Source of the DNA: Actinomycetota bacterium | GTDB lineage: Bacteria > Actinomycetota > Acidimicrobiia > Acidimicrobiales > CADCSY01 | Assembly (NCBI GenBank): GCA_019348495.1 | Contig: JAHWJI010000001.1 | Span: 9,606 to 73,605 of the forward strand | DNA length: 64,000 bases | Direction of reading: 5' to 3' | Shown here: piece after piece, positions 1-9,184 of the stretch | How the letters are laid out: each line of letters begins with the position of its first letter | Position numbering within the stretch: position 1 is the first letter of the stretch | Position numbers and translations under genes: made by a program | The notes under the pieces: model-generated | The model's database searches: none | Told to the model about the DNA's origin: nothing | What the model saw: the letters and a program-made list of their open reading frames with translations, nothing else

Positions 1-524
1 GTGCGGCTGCCCGAGGACACGGGACGTACCTCGGCGCCGAGCAGGTTCATGCGAAAGACGTTGAGGGACTGGCGCTCGGTGTCGACCTCGCCCATGTAGA
101 TGATGCACTCGAAGCCGAAGAGGGCGGCGGCGGTGGCCGTGGCCACACCGTGTTGGCCGGCCCCGGTCTCGGCGACCAGGCGGTGCTTGCCCATGCGCTG
201 GGCGAGCAGGGCCTGGCCCAGCACGTTGTTGATCTTGTGGGAGCCGGTGTGGTTGAGCTCGTCACGCTTGAGCAGGACCCGCACCCCGAGTTGCCGGGAG
301 AGGTTGCGGGCCTCGGTGAGCGGTGAGGGCCGTCCGGCGTAGTCGCGCAACAGGGCGTCGAGCTCGGACCGGAACGCGGGGTCGGCCCAAGCCGACCGGA
401 ACGCGTCCTCCAGCTCGAGGCAGGCGGGAAGCAGTGCCTCGGGCACGAAGCGACCACCGAAGTGACCGAAGCGCCCGCTGGTGCTCGGTTCCCCCATGCC
501 CGGTGTCGGGTGCAGCGACGTCAT
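1..524 (-). CDS. trpB: tryptophan synthase beta chain, 5' part only (gene runs off the left edge)
   Basis: My reverse-strand translation from ATG 524-522 gives [32 protein letters not shown]...[61 protein letters not shown], with the PLP-lysine HTGSHKIN motif and GAGQHG loop. It is absent from the ORF track because there is no stop inside the window. ATGA overlap with the trpF stop at 521-524. Confidence 0.9.
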   Translation of the reverse strand, partial: MTSLHPTPGMGEPSTSGRFGHFGGRFVPEALLPACLELEDAFRSAWADPAFRSELDALLRDYAGRPSPLTEARNLSRQLGVRVLLKRDELNHTGSHKINNVLGQALLAQRMGKHRLVAETGAGQHGVATATAAALFGFECIIYMGEVDTERQSLNVFRMNLLGAEVRPVSSGSR

Positions 525-1183
525 ATCCGATCCCAGTCCCAGTCGTAGGGGGCGTCGGCGGCTGCCTCCCAGGCCGGGCGCCCCGCCTCCTTGGCGGCGG
601 AGACGAAGGCCCGCACCAACCGGGCGTCCTTGCGCCCGGGCTCGACCTCGACCCCGCTGACCACGTCGACACCGAAGGGTCGGACCCGGGCGATGGCCTC
701 GGCCACGTTGTCGGGAGCGAGGCCGCCCGCCAGCACCAGGCGTTGGCCGGCCGGCGCGTCCTCGGCCATCGACCAGTCGAAGACCTTGCCCGAGCCCGGA
801 CTGGCGCTGTCGATGAGCACCAGGTCGGCCCCGTGGTCGGCGGCCCGGGCGATGGCCGGGTGCCCGGCGGTGAAGGCCTTGATCACCACCGGGACACGGG
901 TCCGCACCCACTGGGTCTGCTCGGCGGTCTCCCGGCCGTGGAGCTGGGCTGCCCGCAGACCGGTGGCGTTGACGATCTCCACCACCCGCTCGGGGGCCTC
1001 GTCGCGGAACACCCCGACGGTGAGCACCTCGGGCGGCAACCGCCGCACGATGTCGCGCACCAACTGGGCCGCCACCTGGCGGGGCGAGGGAGCGAAGATG
1101 AACCCGACCGCGTCGGCCCCCATGGCCACCGCCAGCAGGGCGTCCTCCTCGCTGGTGGTCCCACAGATCTTGACGAAGGTCAT
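521..1183 (-). CDS. trpF: phosphoribosylanthranilate isomerase
   Basis: Internal ATG (1183) of track ORF 521..2500. [37 protein letters not shown]...[12 protein letters not shown] matches the PRAI fold. The upstream part of the track ORF is Arg/Pro-rich shadow sequence overlapping trpC. ATGA overlap with the trpC stop. Confidence 0.9.
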   Translation of the reverse strand: MTFVKICGTTSEEDALLAVAMGADAVGFIFAPSPRQVAAQLVRDIVRRLPPEVLTVGVFRDEAPERVVEIVNATGLRAAQLHGRETAEQTQWVRTRVPVVIKAFTAGHPAIARAADHGADLVLIDSASPGSGKVFDWSMAEDAPAGQRLVLAGGLAPDNVAEAIARVRPFGVDVVSGVEVEPGRKDARLVRAFVSAAKEAGRPAWEAAADAPYDWDWDRI

Positions 1184-1962
1184 GCCCGTGCGCCGACGAG
1201 GCGGCCCAGCGCCGATGCCGGATCGGCGTTGGTGACCAACCACTCTCCCACCAGCACGGCGTCGTAGCCGGCCCGGCCCAGGGCCCGCACGTCGTGGGGC
1301 CCGGCGATGCCGGACTCGGCCACCCGCAGCGCAGCGCCGGCGAGGCGCGGCGCCAGGGCCCGGGCCCGGTCCCCATCGACGGCGAAGGTGGTCAGGTCCC
1401 GCTGGTTGACCCCCACCAGCGAGGCACCGGCGGCCAGGGCCCGGTCGGCCTCCGCCTCGTCGTGGACCTCGACGAGGGCATCGAGACCGACGTCGTGGGC
1501 CAGGGCCAGCAGGCCGGCCAGCTCGTCGTCGTCGAGGGCGGCCACGATGAGCAACACGGCGTCGGCGCCCATGATGCGGGCGTCGAGGACGTCGCGGCCG
1601 TCGACGGTGAAGTCCTTGCGCAGGACCGGAAGGGAGCACGCGGCCCGAGCCTCGGCCAGGTCGGCCGGCGACCCGCCGAAGAACTCGGCGTCGGTCAGCA
1701 CCGACAGGGCGGTCGCCCCGCCGGCCTGGTAGCGCGCGGCCAGCTCGGCCGCCACCAGGTCGGGAGCAAGGGCTCCCCGCGACGGTGACCGCCGCTTGAT
1801 CTCGGCGATGACGGCCGTCCGGTCGGCTGCGGCCAGGGCGGCGGCGAAGGGGCGGACCGGCGGAGCGGCCAGAGCCGCCTCTCGCAGCGCCTCGAAGGGG
1901 CGCTCGTCGGCTGCGGCCGCCGCACGGTGGGCGACCACGATGCGGTCGAGGTAGGTGGCCAC
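1180..1962 (-). CDS. trpC: indole-3-glycerol-phosphate synthase
   Basis: Track ORF of 260 aa with [25 protein letters not shown] and GVNQRDL motifs typical of IGPS. Confidence 0.93.
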   Translation of the reverse strand: MATYLDRIVVAHRAAAAADERPFEALREAALAAPPVRPFAAALAAADRTAVIAEIKRRSPSRGALAPDLVAAELAARYQAGGATALSVLTDAEFFGGSPADLAEARAACSLPVLRKDFTVDGRDVLDARIMGADAVLLIVAALDDDELAGLLALAHDVGLDALVEVHDEAEADRALAAGASLVGVNQRDLTTFAVDGDRARALAPRLAGAALRVAESGIAGPHDVRALGRAGYDAVLVGEWLVTNADPASALGRLVGARA

Positions 1963-1979
1963 CGGTGAACTCTACCGGC

Positions 1980-2522
1980 CTAGTCGTCGCGGCTGGCCCG
2001 GGACAGCGCCACCAGGGGCAGGACCACAAAGCCCAGGCAGGCCACCACCAAGGCAGCCACCGCCATGGCCAACATGGCGGCCGAGCCCACCACCAGACCC
2101 AGTGCTCCGAGAGCCACCGCCGTCCCGAAGGCCGCCACCGGGGCCAAGGTGGCGGCCCGCCCGAGACGGCCGTCCCTGCCCGGGCCCCGGTGGTAGGGCT
2201 CGTCGGGCAGGTCCCGGGGGTCGACGTCGTCGTCGTCGGCTTCGAAGGGCTCGAAGGGGCGAGCACCGCTCCCGTCGGCGCCGCCCGCGCTCCTCCCGGC
2301 CGTGCCCTGGGCCCGGTCGTAGGCCCGGCGGCGACCCTGGTCGCCGAGCACGCTCCAGGCCTGGTTGATGGCCCGCATGCGCCGTTCGGCCTCCAGCCGC
2401 TCAGGGCCCTCTCGATCGACGAAGAAGTCGGGGTGGTGGTGCCGGGCGAGGCGGACATAGGCCCGGCGGATCTCCGACGCCGGGGCGTCCTCGGCCACAC
2501 CCAGGACCTGGTAGTGGTTCAC
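1980..2522 (-). CDS. J-domain (DnaJ-like) protein with two C-terminal transmembrane helices
   Basis: Track ORF 1980..2618. J domain VNHYQVLGV...YVRLARHHHPD (HPD motif), then a hydrophobic tail LAPVAAFGTAVALGALGLVVGSAAMLAMAVAALVVACLGFVVLPLV. I prefer GTG at 2522 (GTGA overlap with the upstream stop) over the track start at 2618, but the start is uncertain. Confidence 0.7.
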   Translation of the reverse strand: MNHYQVLGVAEDAPASEIRRAYVRLARHHHPDFFVDREGPERLEAERRMRAINQAWSVLGDQGRRRAYDRAQGTAGRSAGGADGSGARPFEPFEADDDDVDPRDLPDEPYHRGPGRDGRLGRAATLAPVAAFGTAVALGALGLVVGSAAMLAMAVAALVVACLGFVVLPLVALSRASRDD

Positions 2523-3397
2523 CCCGATGTCGTCGAGCTCGAGGGCCCCCGGGCCGGCGCCCGCGGGGGTGCCACGGTGTCGGGCGCCCCGGTGTCGGGC
2601 GGGGGCGGGACCACGCACTCGGGCGGGGCCAGGGGGAACGCCTCGCCGGGCGGGATCGTGACCATGAGCGGTTGGGGCCCGGGTGAGAGGCAGACCAGGG
2701 TGAAGACGGCGCGCCCGGCGGCATCAGTGGCGGCCAGGCCGGTCCCCTCGAGAGCCCAGCTGCCCCCGCCGGCGAGGGTCACCTCCACGCCGGGACGGGG
2801 CGCCACCCGGATCACGCCGTCGTCGTCGACGGCCTGGGACGAGACCCGTACGGCCACGTTGGTTCGCCGGCCCACCGGTGGAGGGTCGGGGGCCACGGCA
2901 AGATCGACGAGGGTGGACTGGAAGCGCTCGACCGTCGACACGATGTCGGGGGCTCCCCCTGCGGCCACGAACAGGATCTGGGGTTCGATGGCCGCCAGCT
3001 CGGGCGCCAGCCACGCCCGTATCCGGTACCGGCCCCCGAGGACACTCGACGCCCGCCAGGCGCCGTCGGCGGCGGTGGTGACGTCGCGGGTGGCGACGGC
3101 GTCGCCCACCAGGCGCTCGAGGCGCACCGTCGCCCCCGCCACCGGGCCGTCGGGGCCCTCGACCCGCCCGGCCAGCGTGGCCGGGCCGGGCCCCACCACC
3201 ACCTCCGAGGTGGTGGTCGTGCCCTCGACGGGCGCCAGGGCCACCCCGCTGAAGTCGGGCGGCGCCGTCGTGGTGGTGGAGGCGCCGGGATGGGGCTCGG
3301 GCACGGCCAAGGGCTCGAAGGGGTCCCCCCCGCTACAGGCGGCCACGACCAGCGTGGTCGTCAGGGCCGCCGCCACCAGGGCGGACCGGTGCCTCAC
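2519..3397 (-). CDS. predicted lipoprotein, unknown function (beta-rich, carboxypeptidase-regulatory-like segment)
   Basis: GTG 3397 inside track ORF 2519..3901. VRHRSALVAAALTTTLVVAACSGG is a signal peptide with a lipobox Cys, followed by a Thr-rich linker and then GRVEGPDGPVAGATVRLE...GRYRIRAW. GTGA overlap with the ygfZ stop. Confidence 0.65.
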   Translation of the reverse strand: MRHRSALVAAALTTTLVVAACSGGDPFEPLAVPEPHPGASTTTTAPPDFSGVALAPVEGTTTTSEVVVGPGPATLAGRVEGPDGPVAGATVRLERLVGDAVATRDVTTAADGAWRASSVLGGRYRIRAWLAPELAAIEPQILFVAAGGAPDIVSTVERFQSTLVDLAVAPDPPPVGRRTNVAVRVSSQAVDDDGVIRVAPRPGVEVTLAGGGSWALEGTGLAATDAAGRAVFTLVCLSPGPQPLMVTIPPGEAFPLAPPECVVPPPPDTGAPDTVAPPRAPARGPSSSTTSG

Positions 3398-4287
3398 GGG
3401 ACCAGGGGCAGCGCCTCGACGCGGCCGGTCGACTCCCCACCGTCCCAGCACAGGCGGGCCTCGGACGGCACCTCGACGTCGCGGCGGACGTAGGCCAGCG
3501 CCACCGGCGCCCGGCGCTCGATCGACTCCCCCACGCTGGTGAGGGCGCCCACCTCCCGGCCGCCGACCTCCACCGTGGCCCCCACGGGCGGCAGGACGTT
3601 GGTGGCCACCACCACACCGCGCAGCCGGCGGGGGACGTTGCCCCCCCGTGCGTCGATGCGGGCCACCAGCTCCTGGCCGGTGAAGCACCCCTTGGTGAAG
3701 CTCACCGTGCGCTCCACCACCCCGGCGGCGGCGGGGATGGTGGAGGCGTCCAGCTCGGCGCCCATGCGAGGGACACCGGCTTCGATGCGCAGCGCCTCGT
3801 AGGCGTCGGGGCCCACCACCAGGGCGCCCGGGGGCACGGCGGGGTCGGGCCCGAGCAGGTCGAAGCCGGGTACACCCGGTGTCTCGGCCAGGACCCGCCA
3901 CGTGCCTGGGGGCGGGTCAGGCAGTTCCGCGGCGCCGGCCCCCCGCACCGCCAGGCACCGCCAGGCCAGCGCTTCGAGGTCGCAGCGCACCCGTAGCTTG
4001 AACCGCTCCAGGCGCTCCAACACGGCGTGGCCCCACCCGGCGTCGGTGTCGAGGACGACCTCGTCGTCGCCCACCCGGGTCAAGCGCACCAGGGCGTCGA
4101 CCTTGCCCTGGGGCTGGAGCACCAGGGAGAACGCCGACCCGCCCACGGTGACGGCGGCCACGTCCTGGCTGAGCTGGCCCTGCAGGAACGAGACGGCGTC
4201 GGGCCCCCACGCCCGCAGCACGTCGCGAGCGAGCTCGTGGGCGGCGATGCCCCGGCGCAGGGCGATGGCTTCGTCGGTGGCGACCAT
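3394..4287 (-). CDS. ygfZ: YgfZ/GcvT-like folate-binding protein
   Basis: ATG 4287 inside track ORF 3394..5784. Aminomethyltransferase-like fold with the YgfZ signature KGCFTGQE (SFTKGCFTGQELVARI). The start overlaps the trpE stop (TGATG, 4285-4289). Confidence 0.78.
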   Translation of the reverse strand: MVATDEAIALRRGIAAHELARDVLRAWGPDAVSFLQGQLSQDVAAVTVGGSAFSLVLQPQGKVDALVRLTRVGDDEVVLDTDAGWGHAVLERLERFKLRVRCDLEALAWRCLAVRGAGAAELPDPPPGTWRVLAETPGVPGFDLLGPDPAVPPGALVVGPDAYEALRIEAGVPRMGAELDASTIPAAAGVVERTVSFTKGCFTGQELVARIDARGGNVPRRLRGVVVATNVLPPVGATVEVGGREVGALTSVGESIERRAPVALAYVRRDVEVPSEARLCWDGGESTGRVEALPLVP

Positions 4288-5846
4288 CAGCGTGCCTCCG
4301 GTTGTCTCGGCGTCGACGTGGGGGTCGGCGTGGGTGTCGATGCCTGGCGGCGGCGGGCGGTCATGCGCCGGGCGGCGGGAACGGCGGCCAACAGGGCGGC
4401 GGCCTTGTTCCGGGACTCCTGCTCCTCGGCTTCGGGGTCGCTGTCGGCCACGATGCCGGCCCCGGCCTGCACCGAGGCCCGCTCCCCGGCCACCACCATG
4501 GTGCGAATGGCGATGGCGGTGTCGAGGTTGCCAGAGAAGTCGAGGTAGCCGACCAGACCGGCGTAGGGGCCGCGCCGGGTGGGCTCGAGCTCGTCGATGA
4601 TCTGCATGGCCCGCACCTTCGGCGCGCCCGACATGGTCCCGGCGGGCAGCGTGGCCCGCAACACGTCGACGGGGCCGAGCCCGGGCCGCAGCCGACCCGA
4701 CACCTGAGAGGTGAGGTGCATGACGTGGCTGTAGCGCTCCAGGGCCATGAGCTCGTCGACCTCCACCGTCCCCCACGTGGCCACCCGGCCCACGTCGTTG
4801 CGGGCCAGGTCGACGAGCATGACGTGCTCGGCCACCTCCTTGGGGTGCTCCACCAGCTCGGCGGCCAGGCGGCGGTCGTCGAGGTCGCCATCGCCCCGGG
4901 GCCGGGTGCCGGCGATGGGCCGGGACAGGATGCGCCCGTCGAGGAGCTGGACCATCTTCTCGGGTGACGACCCCACGATGCTCACCTCGGGATGGCGCAG
5001 GAAGTACATGTAGGGGCTGGGGTTGACCTGGCGCAGCACCCGGTAGAGGTCGAAGGGCTCGGCGTCGAGGGCGAGGTCGAAGCGCTGCGACAGCACCACC
5101 TGGAAGACGTCCCCGTCGAGGATGTGCTCCTTGGCCACCTCCACCGCCTTGCAGAAGACCCCGGGCGCCATGGTGGAACGCACCTCGGGGAGGGCATCGC
5201 CGGGATCGGGAGGGTCGACGACCGGTTCCGACGTCGGCCGGGCGCCGTCGACCGCCAAGGCGTCGACGCGATCGACGGCGCCGTCGTAGGCGGCGTCGAG
5301 CTCGTCGTCGGTGGCGTCGGGGCCCACGATGACGTTGTCGATGAGGGTCACCCGTTGACGCCAGTGGTCGAACACCGCCAGCTGGCCGATGACGCTGAGC
5401 AGCGCGTCGGGCACGCCCTGGTCGTCGCCGGGTGCGTCGGGCAGGTGCTCCACCTCGCGCACCACGTCGTAGCCCAGGTAGCCGACCAGGCCCCCGTGGA
5501 GGGGGGGCAGCTCCACCAGGGCGGGTGAGCGGTAGGCGTCCAAGACGGCCTCGATGGCCGACAGGACACCGCGGTCGAGCGGGACGGACGAGGGCAACGT
5601 GCCCTCGAGCTCGATGCGTCCGTGGCGGGCGACGAGGGTGGCCAGCGGGTTGCGGCCGATGAAGGAGAAGCGGGACCAGCGCACCCCCTGTTCCACCGAC
5701 TCGAGGAGGAAGCCGGGGCCCTCGCCCACCACCCGGGCAAAGGCCGCCACCGGGGTGATCAGGTCGCCCAGCACCTCCCGCCACACCGGCACCACGGTGT
5801 GGGTACGGGCCAGCGCCCGGAAGTCCTCCCGGCTCGGTCGGGGCAC
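4287..5846 (-). CDS. trpE: anthranilate synthase component I
   Basis: Track ORF of 519 aa with chorismate-binding family motifs (FLLESVEQG, MSGAPKVRAMQIIDELE, RGPYAGLVGYLDFSGN, AGAGIVADSDPEAE). Confidence 0.95.
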   Translation of the reverse strand: MPRPSREDFRALARTHTVVPVWREVLGDLITPVAAFARVVGEGPGFLLESVEQGVRWSRFSFIGRNPLATLVARHGRIELEGTLPSSVPLDRGVLSAIEAVLDAYRSPALVELPPLHGGLVGYLGYDVVREVEHLPDAPGDDQGVPDALLSVIGQLAVFDHWRQRVTLIDNVIVGPDATDDELDAAYDGAVDRVDALAVDGARPTSEPVVDPPDPGDALPEVRSTMAPGVFCKAVEVAKEHILDGDVFQVVLSQRFDLALDAEPFDLYRVLRQVNPSPYMYFLRHPEVSIVGSSPEKMVQLLDGRILSRPIAGTRPRGDGDLDDRRLAAELVEHPKEVAEHVMLVDLARNDVGRVATWGTVEVDELMALERYSHVMHLTSQVSGRLRPGLGPVDVLRATLPAGTMSGAPKVRAMQIIDELEPTRRGPYAGLVGYLDFSGNLDTAIAIRTMVVAGERASVQAGAGIVADSDPEAEEQESRNKAAALLAAVPAARRMTARRRQASTPTPTPTSTPRQPEAR

Positions 5847-5859
5847 GACAGCGACGCCG

Positions 5860-6228
5860 TCAGCCGGCGCCGAAGCGGCGGGAGAAGCAGGTGCGATCGC
5901 CGGTGTGACAGGCGCCTCTGCCCTCCTGGTCCACGACGAACAGCAGGGTGTCGCCGTCGCAGTCGTAGTAGGCCCGGCGGACCCACTGGCGATCGCCGGA
6001 CGTGTCGCCCTTGGCCCACTCCTCCTGACGGGACCGGCTCCAGAACACGGTGCGACCGCTGTCGAGGGTGCGGCGCAGGGTGGCGGCGTTCATCCACGCC
6101 ATCATGAGCACCTCGCCGCTGTGCGCGTCCTGCACGATGGCAGGCACCAGCCCGGCCGCGTCGTAGCGCACCGCGGCCAGCTCGGCCTCGCTGGCCGTGA
6201 TGGGGGTGACGACGGGCACGACCGCCAT
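5860..6228 (-). CDS. hisI: phosphoribosyl-AMP cyclohydrolase
   Basis: ATG 6228 inside track ORF 5860..6375. [22 protein letters not shown]...[16 protein letters not shown]...[27 protein letters not shown]. Confidence 0.9.
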   Translation of the reverse strand: MAVVPVVTPITASEAELAAVRYDAAGLVPAIVQDAHSGEVLMMAWMNAATLRRTLDSGRTVFWSRSRQEEWAKGDTSGDRQWVRRAYYDCDGDTLLFVVDQEGRGACHTGDRTCFSRRFGAG

Positions 6229-6287
6229 GGTAGGCCGACCGGCGTACGTTGCCCGGGGCGCTTTCGCCGACCTCCTAACCTGGGGAC

Positions 6288-7049
6288 ATGCCGGCGACCA
6301 GAGACGTGCCACCACCCACCTTCGACGACGAGGGCGCCGAGCGCCTCCACCGCAAGCAGCGGCTGGCGGCGGCATTGCGCATCTTTGCCCGCCTGGGCTA
6401 CTGCGAGGGCGTGGCCGGCCACATCACCGCCAGGGACCCGGGGCGGCCCGATCACTTCTGGGTGAACCCCTACGCCCGCTGGTTCGGTCGCCTACGGGTC
6501 TCCGACCTGGTGCTGGTGGACGAGGCGGGCCGGGTGGTGGAGGGCGACGCGCCCGTCAACGTCGCCGCCTTCGCCATCCACTCCCAGGTCCACGCCGCCC
6601 GCCCCGACTGCGTCGCTGCCGCCCATGCCCACTCGGTGGCCGGCAAGGCCTGGTCGTCGCTCGGGCGCCTGCTCGACCCCATCACCCAGGACGCCTGCGC
6701 CTTCTACGAGGATCACGCCCTGTTCGACGACTACACCGGCGTGGTGCTCGACGTCGAGGAGGGCAAGCGCATCGCCCACACCCTGGGCGAGGCCAAGGCC
6801 GTCATCCTGCGCAACCACGGCTTGCTCAGCGTGGGCCACAGCGTGGACGAGGCGGCCTGGTGGTTCATCGCCATGGACCGCAGCTGCCACGCCCAGCTCC
6901 TGGCCGAGGCCGCGGGCGAGCCGGTCAGCATCGACACCGAGGTGGCCACGCTGGCCGCTGGCCAGGTGGGGGGCCACCACACCGGTTGGCTGGGCTTCCA
7001 GGGCCTCTACGAGTGGATCGTGCACGAGGAACCCGACCTGTTGGGCTGA
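6288..7049 (+). CDS. class II aldolase/adducin-family protein
   Basis: Track ORF of 253 aa with [30 protein letters not shown] and [17 protein letters not shown] motifs of the class II aldolase/adducin N-terminal domain. Confidence 0.85.
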   Translation: MPATRDVPPPTFDDEGAERLHRKQRLAAALRIFARLGYCEGVAGHITARDPGRPDHFWVNPYARWFGRLRVSDLVLVDEAGRVVEGDAPVNVAAFAIHSQVHAARPDCVAAAHAHSVAGKAWSSLGRLLDPITQDACAFYEDHALFDDYTGVVLDVEEGKRIAHTLGEAKAVILRNHGLLSVGHSVDEAAWWFIAMDRSCHAQLLAEAAGEPVSIDTEVATLAAGQVGGHHTGWLGFQGLYEWIVHEEPDLLG

Positions 7050-7057
7050 CCGGGGAG

Positions 7058-7597
7058 CTAGGGAGTGGCCGACCGTCCCTCGGCCTCGGCCACGATGGCG
7101 GCCGCTCGGGCCCGGGCGTCTCGCAGCAGGGCCCGGGCCGCCCGCTGGGCCAGGGGCAGGTGGTCGTAGCCGGCGTAGTCCCCCTCGTCGATGCGCCCGA
7201 ACCGCTCCCGCTGCTCGGAGAGCTCCTGGCGCAAGCCCAGGACCTGGCGTTCGGCTCGCTCGGCCCGCTGCCTGGCCTCGGCCACCTGGCGCTCGGCTTC
7301 GGCGAGGGCGTCGCGGTTGTCGTCGCCGTCGTGTCCGTCTGCGCTCGAGTGGAGGGCCGTCTCGAGGCGGGCGGCCAGCTCGTCGCGCTCCCGCTCGGCC
7401 CGCTCGGCCCGGGCGTTGGCCTCACCCACGGCGGCGGTGGCCTTGTCGATGGCCGCGGCGTCGCGCTGGCGCCGGCGCTGCATGCGCTCGATCGACGTGA
7501 CCACCGCAGCCAGGAGCCGGTCGACCTCGTCGCGGTCGTAGCCCCAGACCCGGCCACCGAAGTCCGGCTGGCGGAGGTCGCCGAGGGTCAGGCCCAC
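7058..7597 (-). CDS. DivIVA-domain protein (coiled coil)
   Basis: The N-terminus FGGRVWGYDRDEVDRLL is the DivIVA-domain motif. The rest is E/R/A-rich coiled coil. Confidence 0.75.
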   Translation of the reverse strand: MGLTLGDLRQPDFGGRVWGYDRDEVDRLLAAVVTSIERMQRRRQRDAAAIDKATAAVGEANARAERAERERDELAARLETALHSSADGHDGDDNRDALAEAERQVAEARQRAERAERQVLGLRQELSEQRERFGRIDEGDYAGYDHLPLAQRAARALLRDARARAAAIVAEAEGRSATP

Positions 7598-7606
7598 GCA
7601 ACCACG

Positions 7607-9184
7607 CTACCGCTCGCCGTCTGGCCCGGGTGCACGGGCGCCGGGCGGTCGGGCGTCGAAGGTGGCCACCAGCCGCCGGGCGGCTCGGACCTCGTCGACC
7701 CTGCCCACCGGGGTGGTCCGAGGAGCGAGACGGTCGTCGGAGGACGCGCCCTCGGCGATGCGCACCAGGGCATCGGCCAGAGCGGCCAGCGTCTGGGGGC
7801 TCTCGGTCTCGGTCGGCTCGATCATCAACGCCTCCTTCACCACCAGGGGGAACGACACCGTGGGGGCGTGGAAACCCTCCTCCAGGAGACGCTTGGCCAC
7901 ATCGAGAGCCCGCACGCCGCGGGCCCGGGCCAGGCTGGCCGCCGACACCACGCACTCGTGCATGCAGGGGCGGTCGTGGGGGACGTCGTAGGTGCCGGCG
8001 AGGCGCCGGCGCAGCCAATTGGCGTTGAGCACGGCGATCTCGGCCACCCGGCGCAGGCCGTCGCCGCCGAGCGCCAGCACGTACGCGTAGGCCCGGGCCA
8101 GGGCCAGGGCGTTGCCGTGCCAGCCGTGCACCCGCCCGATCGACCGCGCCGGCGTCTCCCACCCGTAGGTGCCGTCACCGGCCACGGCGGGGAGCGGGCC
8201 GGGCAGGAAGGGGGCCAGGGCCTCGGTGACCGCCACCGGGCCGGCCCCGGGGCCTCCCCCGCCGTGGGGCACGGCGAAGGTCTTGTGCAGGTTCAGGTGC
8301 ACGATGTCGAAGCCCATGTCGCCGGGGCGGGTGACCCCCAGGATGGCGTTGAGGTTGGCGCCGTCGTAGTAGACGAGCCCGCCCACCTCGTGTACGGCTC
8401 CGGCGATCTCGACGATGTCCTCCTCGAACAGCCCCAGGGTGTTGGGGTTGGTCAACATGATCCCGGCCACGTCGTCGTCGAGCACCGTACGGAGCGAGTC
8501 GAGGTCGACGCAGCCCCGCTCGTCGCTGGCCACGGTCACCGCCTGGTAGCCCGCCAGCGTCACCGATGCGGGGTTGGTGCCATGGGCGGAGTCGGGGATG
8601 ACGATCTTGGTGCGCCCGCCGTCGCCCCGACCCCGGTGCCAGGCCCGCATGATGAGCAGGCCGGTCAGCTCGCCGGCGGCACCGGCGGGTGGTTGCAGGG
8701 ACACCGCCGCCATGCCCGTGACCTCGGCCAGCGCCTCGCCCAGCGCCACCAGGAGCTCGAGCCATCCCTGGGTGCACGACGAGGGTGTGGCGGGGTGGAC
8801 CCGGGCCAGTCCCGGCAGGGAAGCGGCGGCGTCGGCCAGCTTGGGGTTGTACTTCATGGTGCACGATCCGAGGGGGTAGGCGCCCACATCGACGGCGTAC
8901 TGGCGCTGCGTCAGGCGGGTGTGGTGGGCCACCAGGTCGCGCTCGGACAGCTCGGGGAGGGGGACGGGTTCGCCCGCCAGGTGCCCGGCGGGCACCAGGT
9001 CGGCGGCGTCCCAGAAGGGAAGGTCGGCCTCGGCGAACGACCACGCCCGCCGCCCCGGCGACGACAACTCGAAGACGGTGGGCTCCTCGGCCCGGCCCAA
9101 CAGCGGTGCGCTGGCTGCTCGGCCCCCGGCGAGCGGCGACGGGGTCGCCGGCTGCGGCTCGGGCGTCGACGGCTCGGGCGTCAC
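7607..9184 (-). CDS. gcvPB: glycine dehydrogenase (decarboxylating) subunit 2
   Basis: 525 aa with YPLGSCTMKYNP, IPDSAHGTNPAS and NLHKTFAVPHGGGGPGAGP (PLP-Lys region). GTG start overlaps the gcvPA stop (GTGA 9181-9184). Confidence 0.93.
   Translation of the reverse strand: MTPEPSTPEPQPATPSPLAGGRAASAPLLGRAEEPTVFELSSPGRRAWSFAEADLPFWDAADLVPAGHLAGEPVPLPELSERDLVAHHTRLTQRQYAVDVGAYPLGSCTMKYNPKLADAAASLPGLARVHPATPSSCTQGWLELLVALGEALAEVTGMAAVSLQPPAGAAGELTGLLIMRAWHRGRGDGGRTKIVIPDSAHGTNPASVTLAGYQAVTVASDERGCVDLDSLRTVLDDDVAGIMLTNPNTLGLFEEDIVEIAGAVHEVGGLVYYDGANLNAILGVTRPGDMGFDIVHLNLHKTFAVPHGGGGPGAGPVAVTEALAPFLPGPLPAVAGDGTYGWETPARSIGRVHGWHGNALALARAYAYVLALGGDGLRRVAEIAVLNANWLRRRLAGTYDVPHDRPCMHECVVSAASLARARGVRALDVAKRLLEEGFHAPTVSFPLVVKEALMIEPTETESPQTLAALADALVRIAEGASSDDRLAPRTTPVGRVDEVRAARRLVATFDARPPGARAPGPDGER

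Noticed and set aside
521-2500. Long N-terminal extensions implied by the longest-ORF track for trpF, ygfZ, hisI, gcvT, gcvH, SRAP, patatin, MFS, adk, alkA-like, egtB/C/D, mca, lipase, the PhoU/TrkA_C protein, the DCD-like protein and others.
   Set aside because: The extensions overlap the upstream gene, are compositionally shadow-like, and would bury conserved N-terminal features (SRAP Cys2, EgtC Cys2, lipoprotein signals, the adk P-loop). Internal ATG or GTG starts, often in ATGA or GTGA overlaps, fit better.
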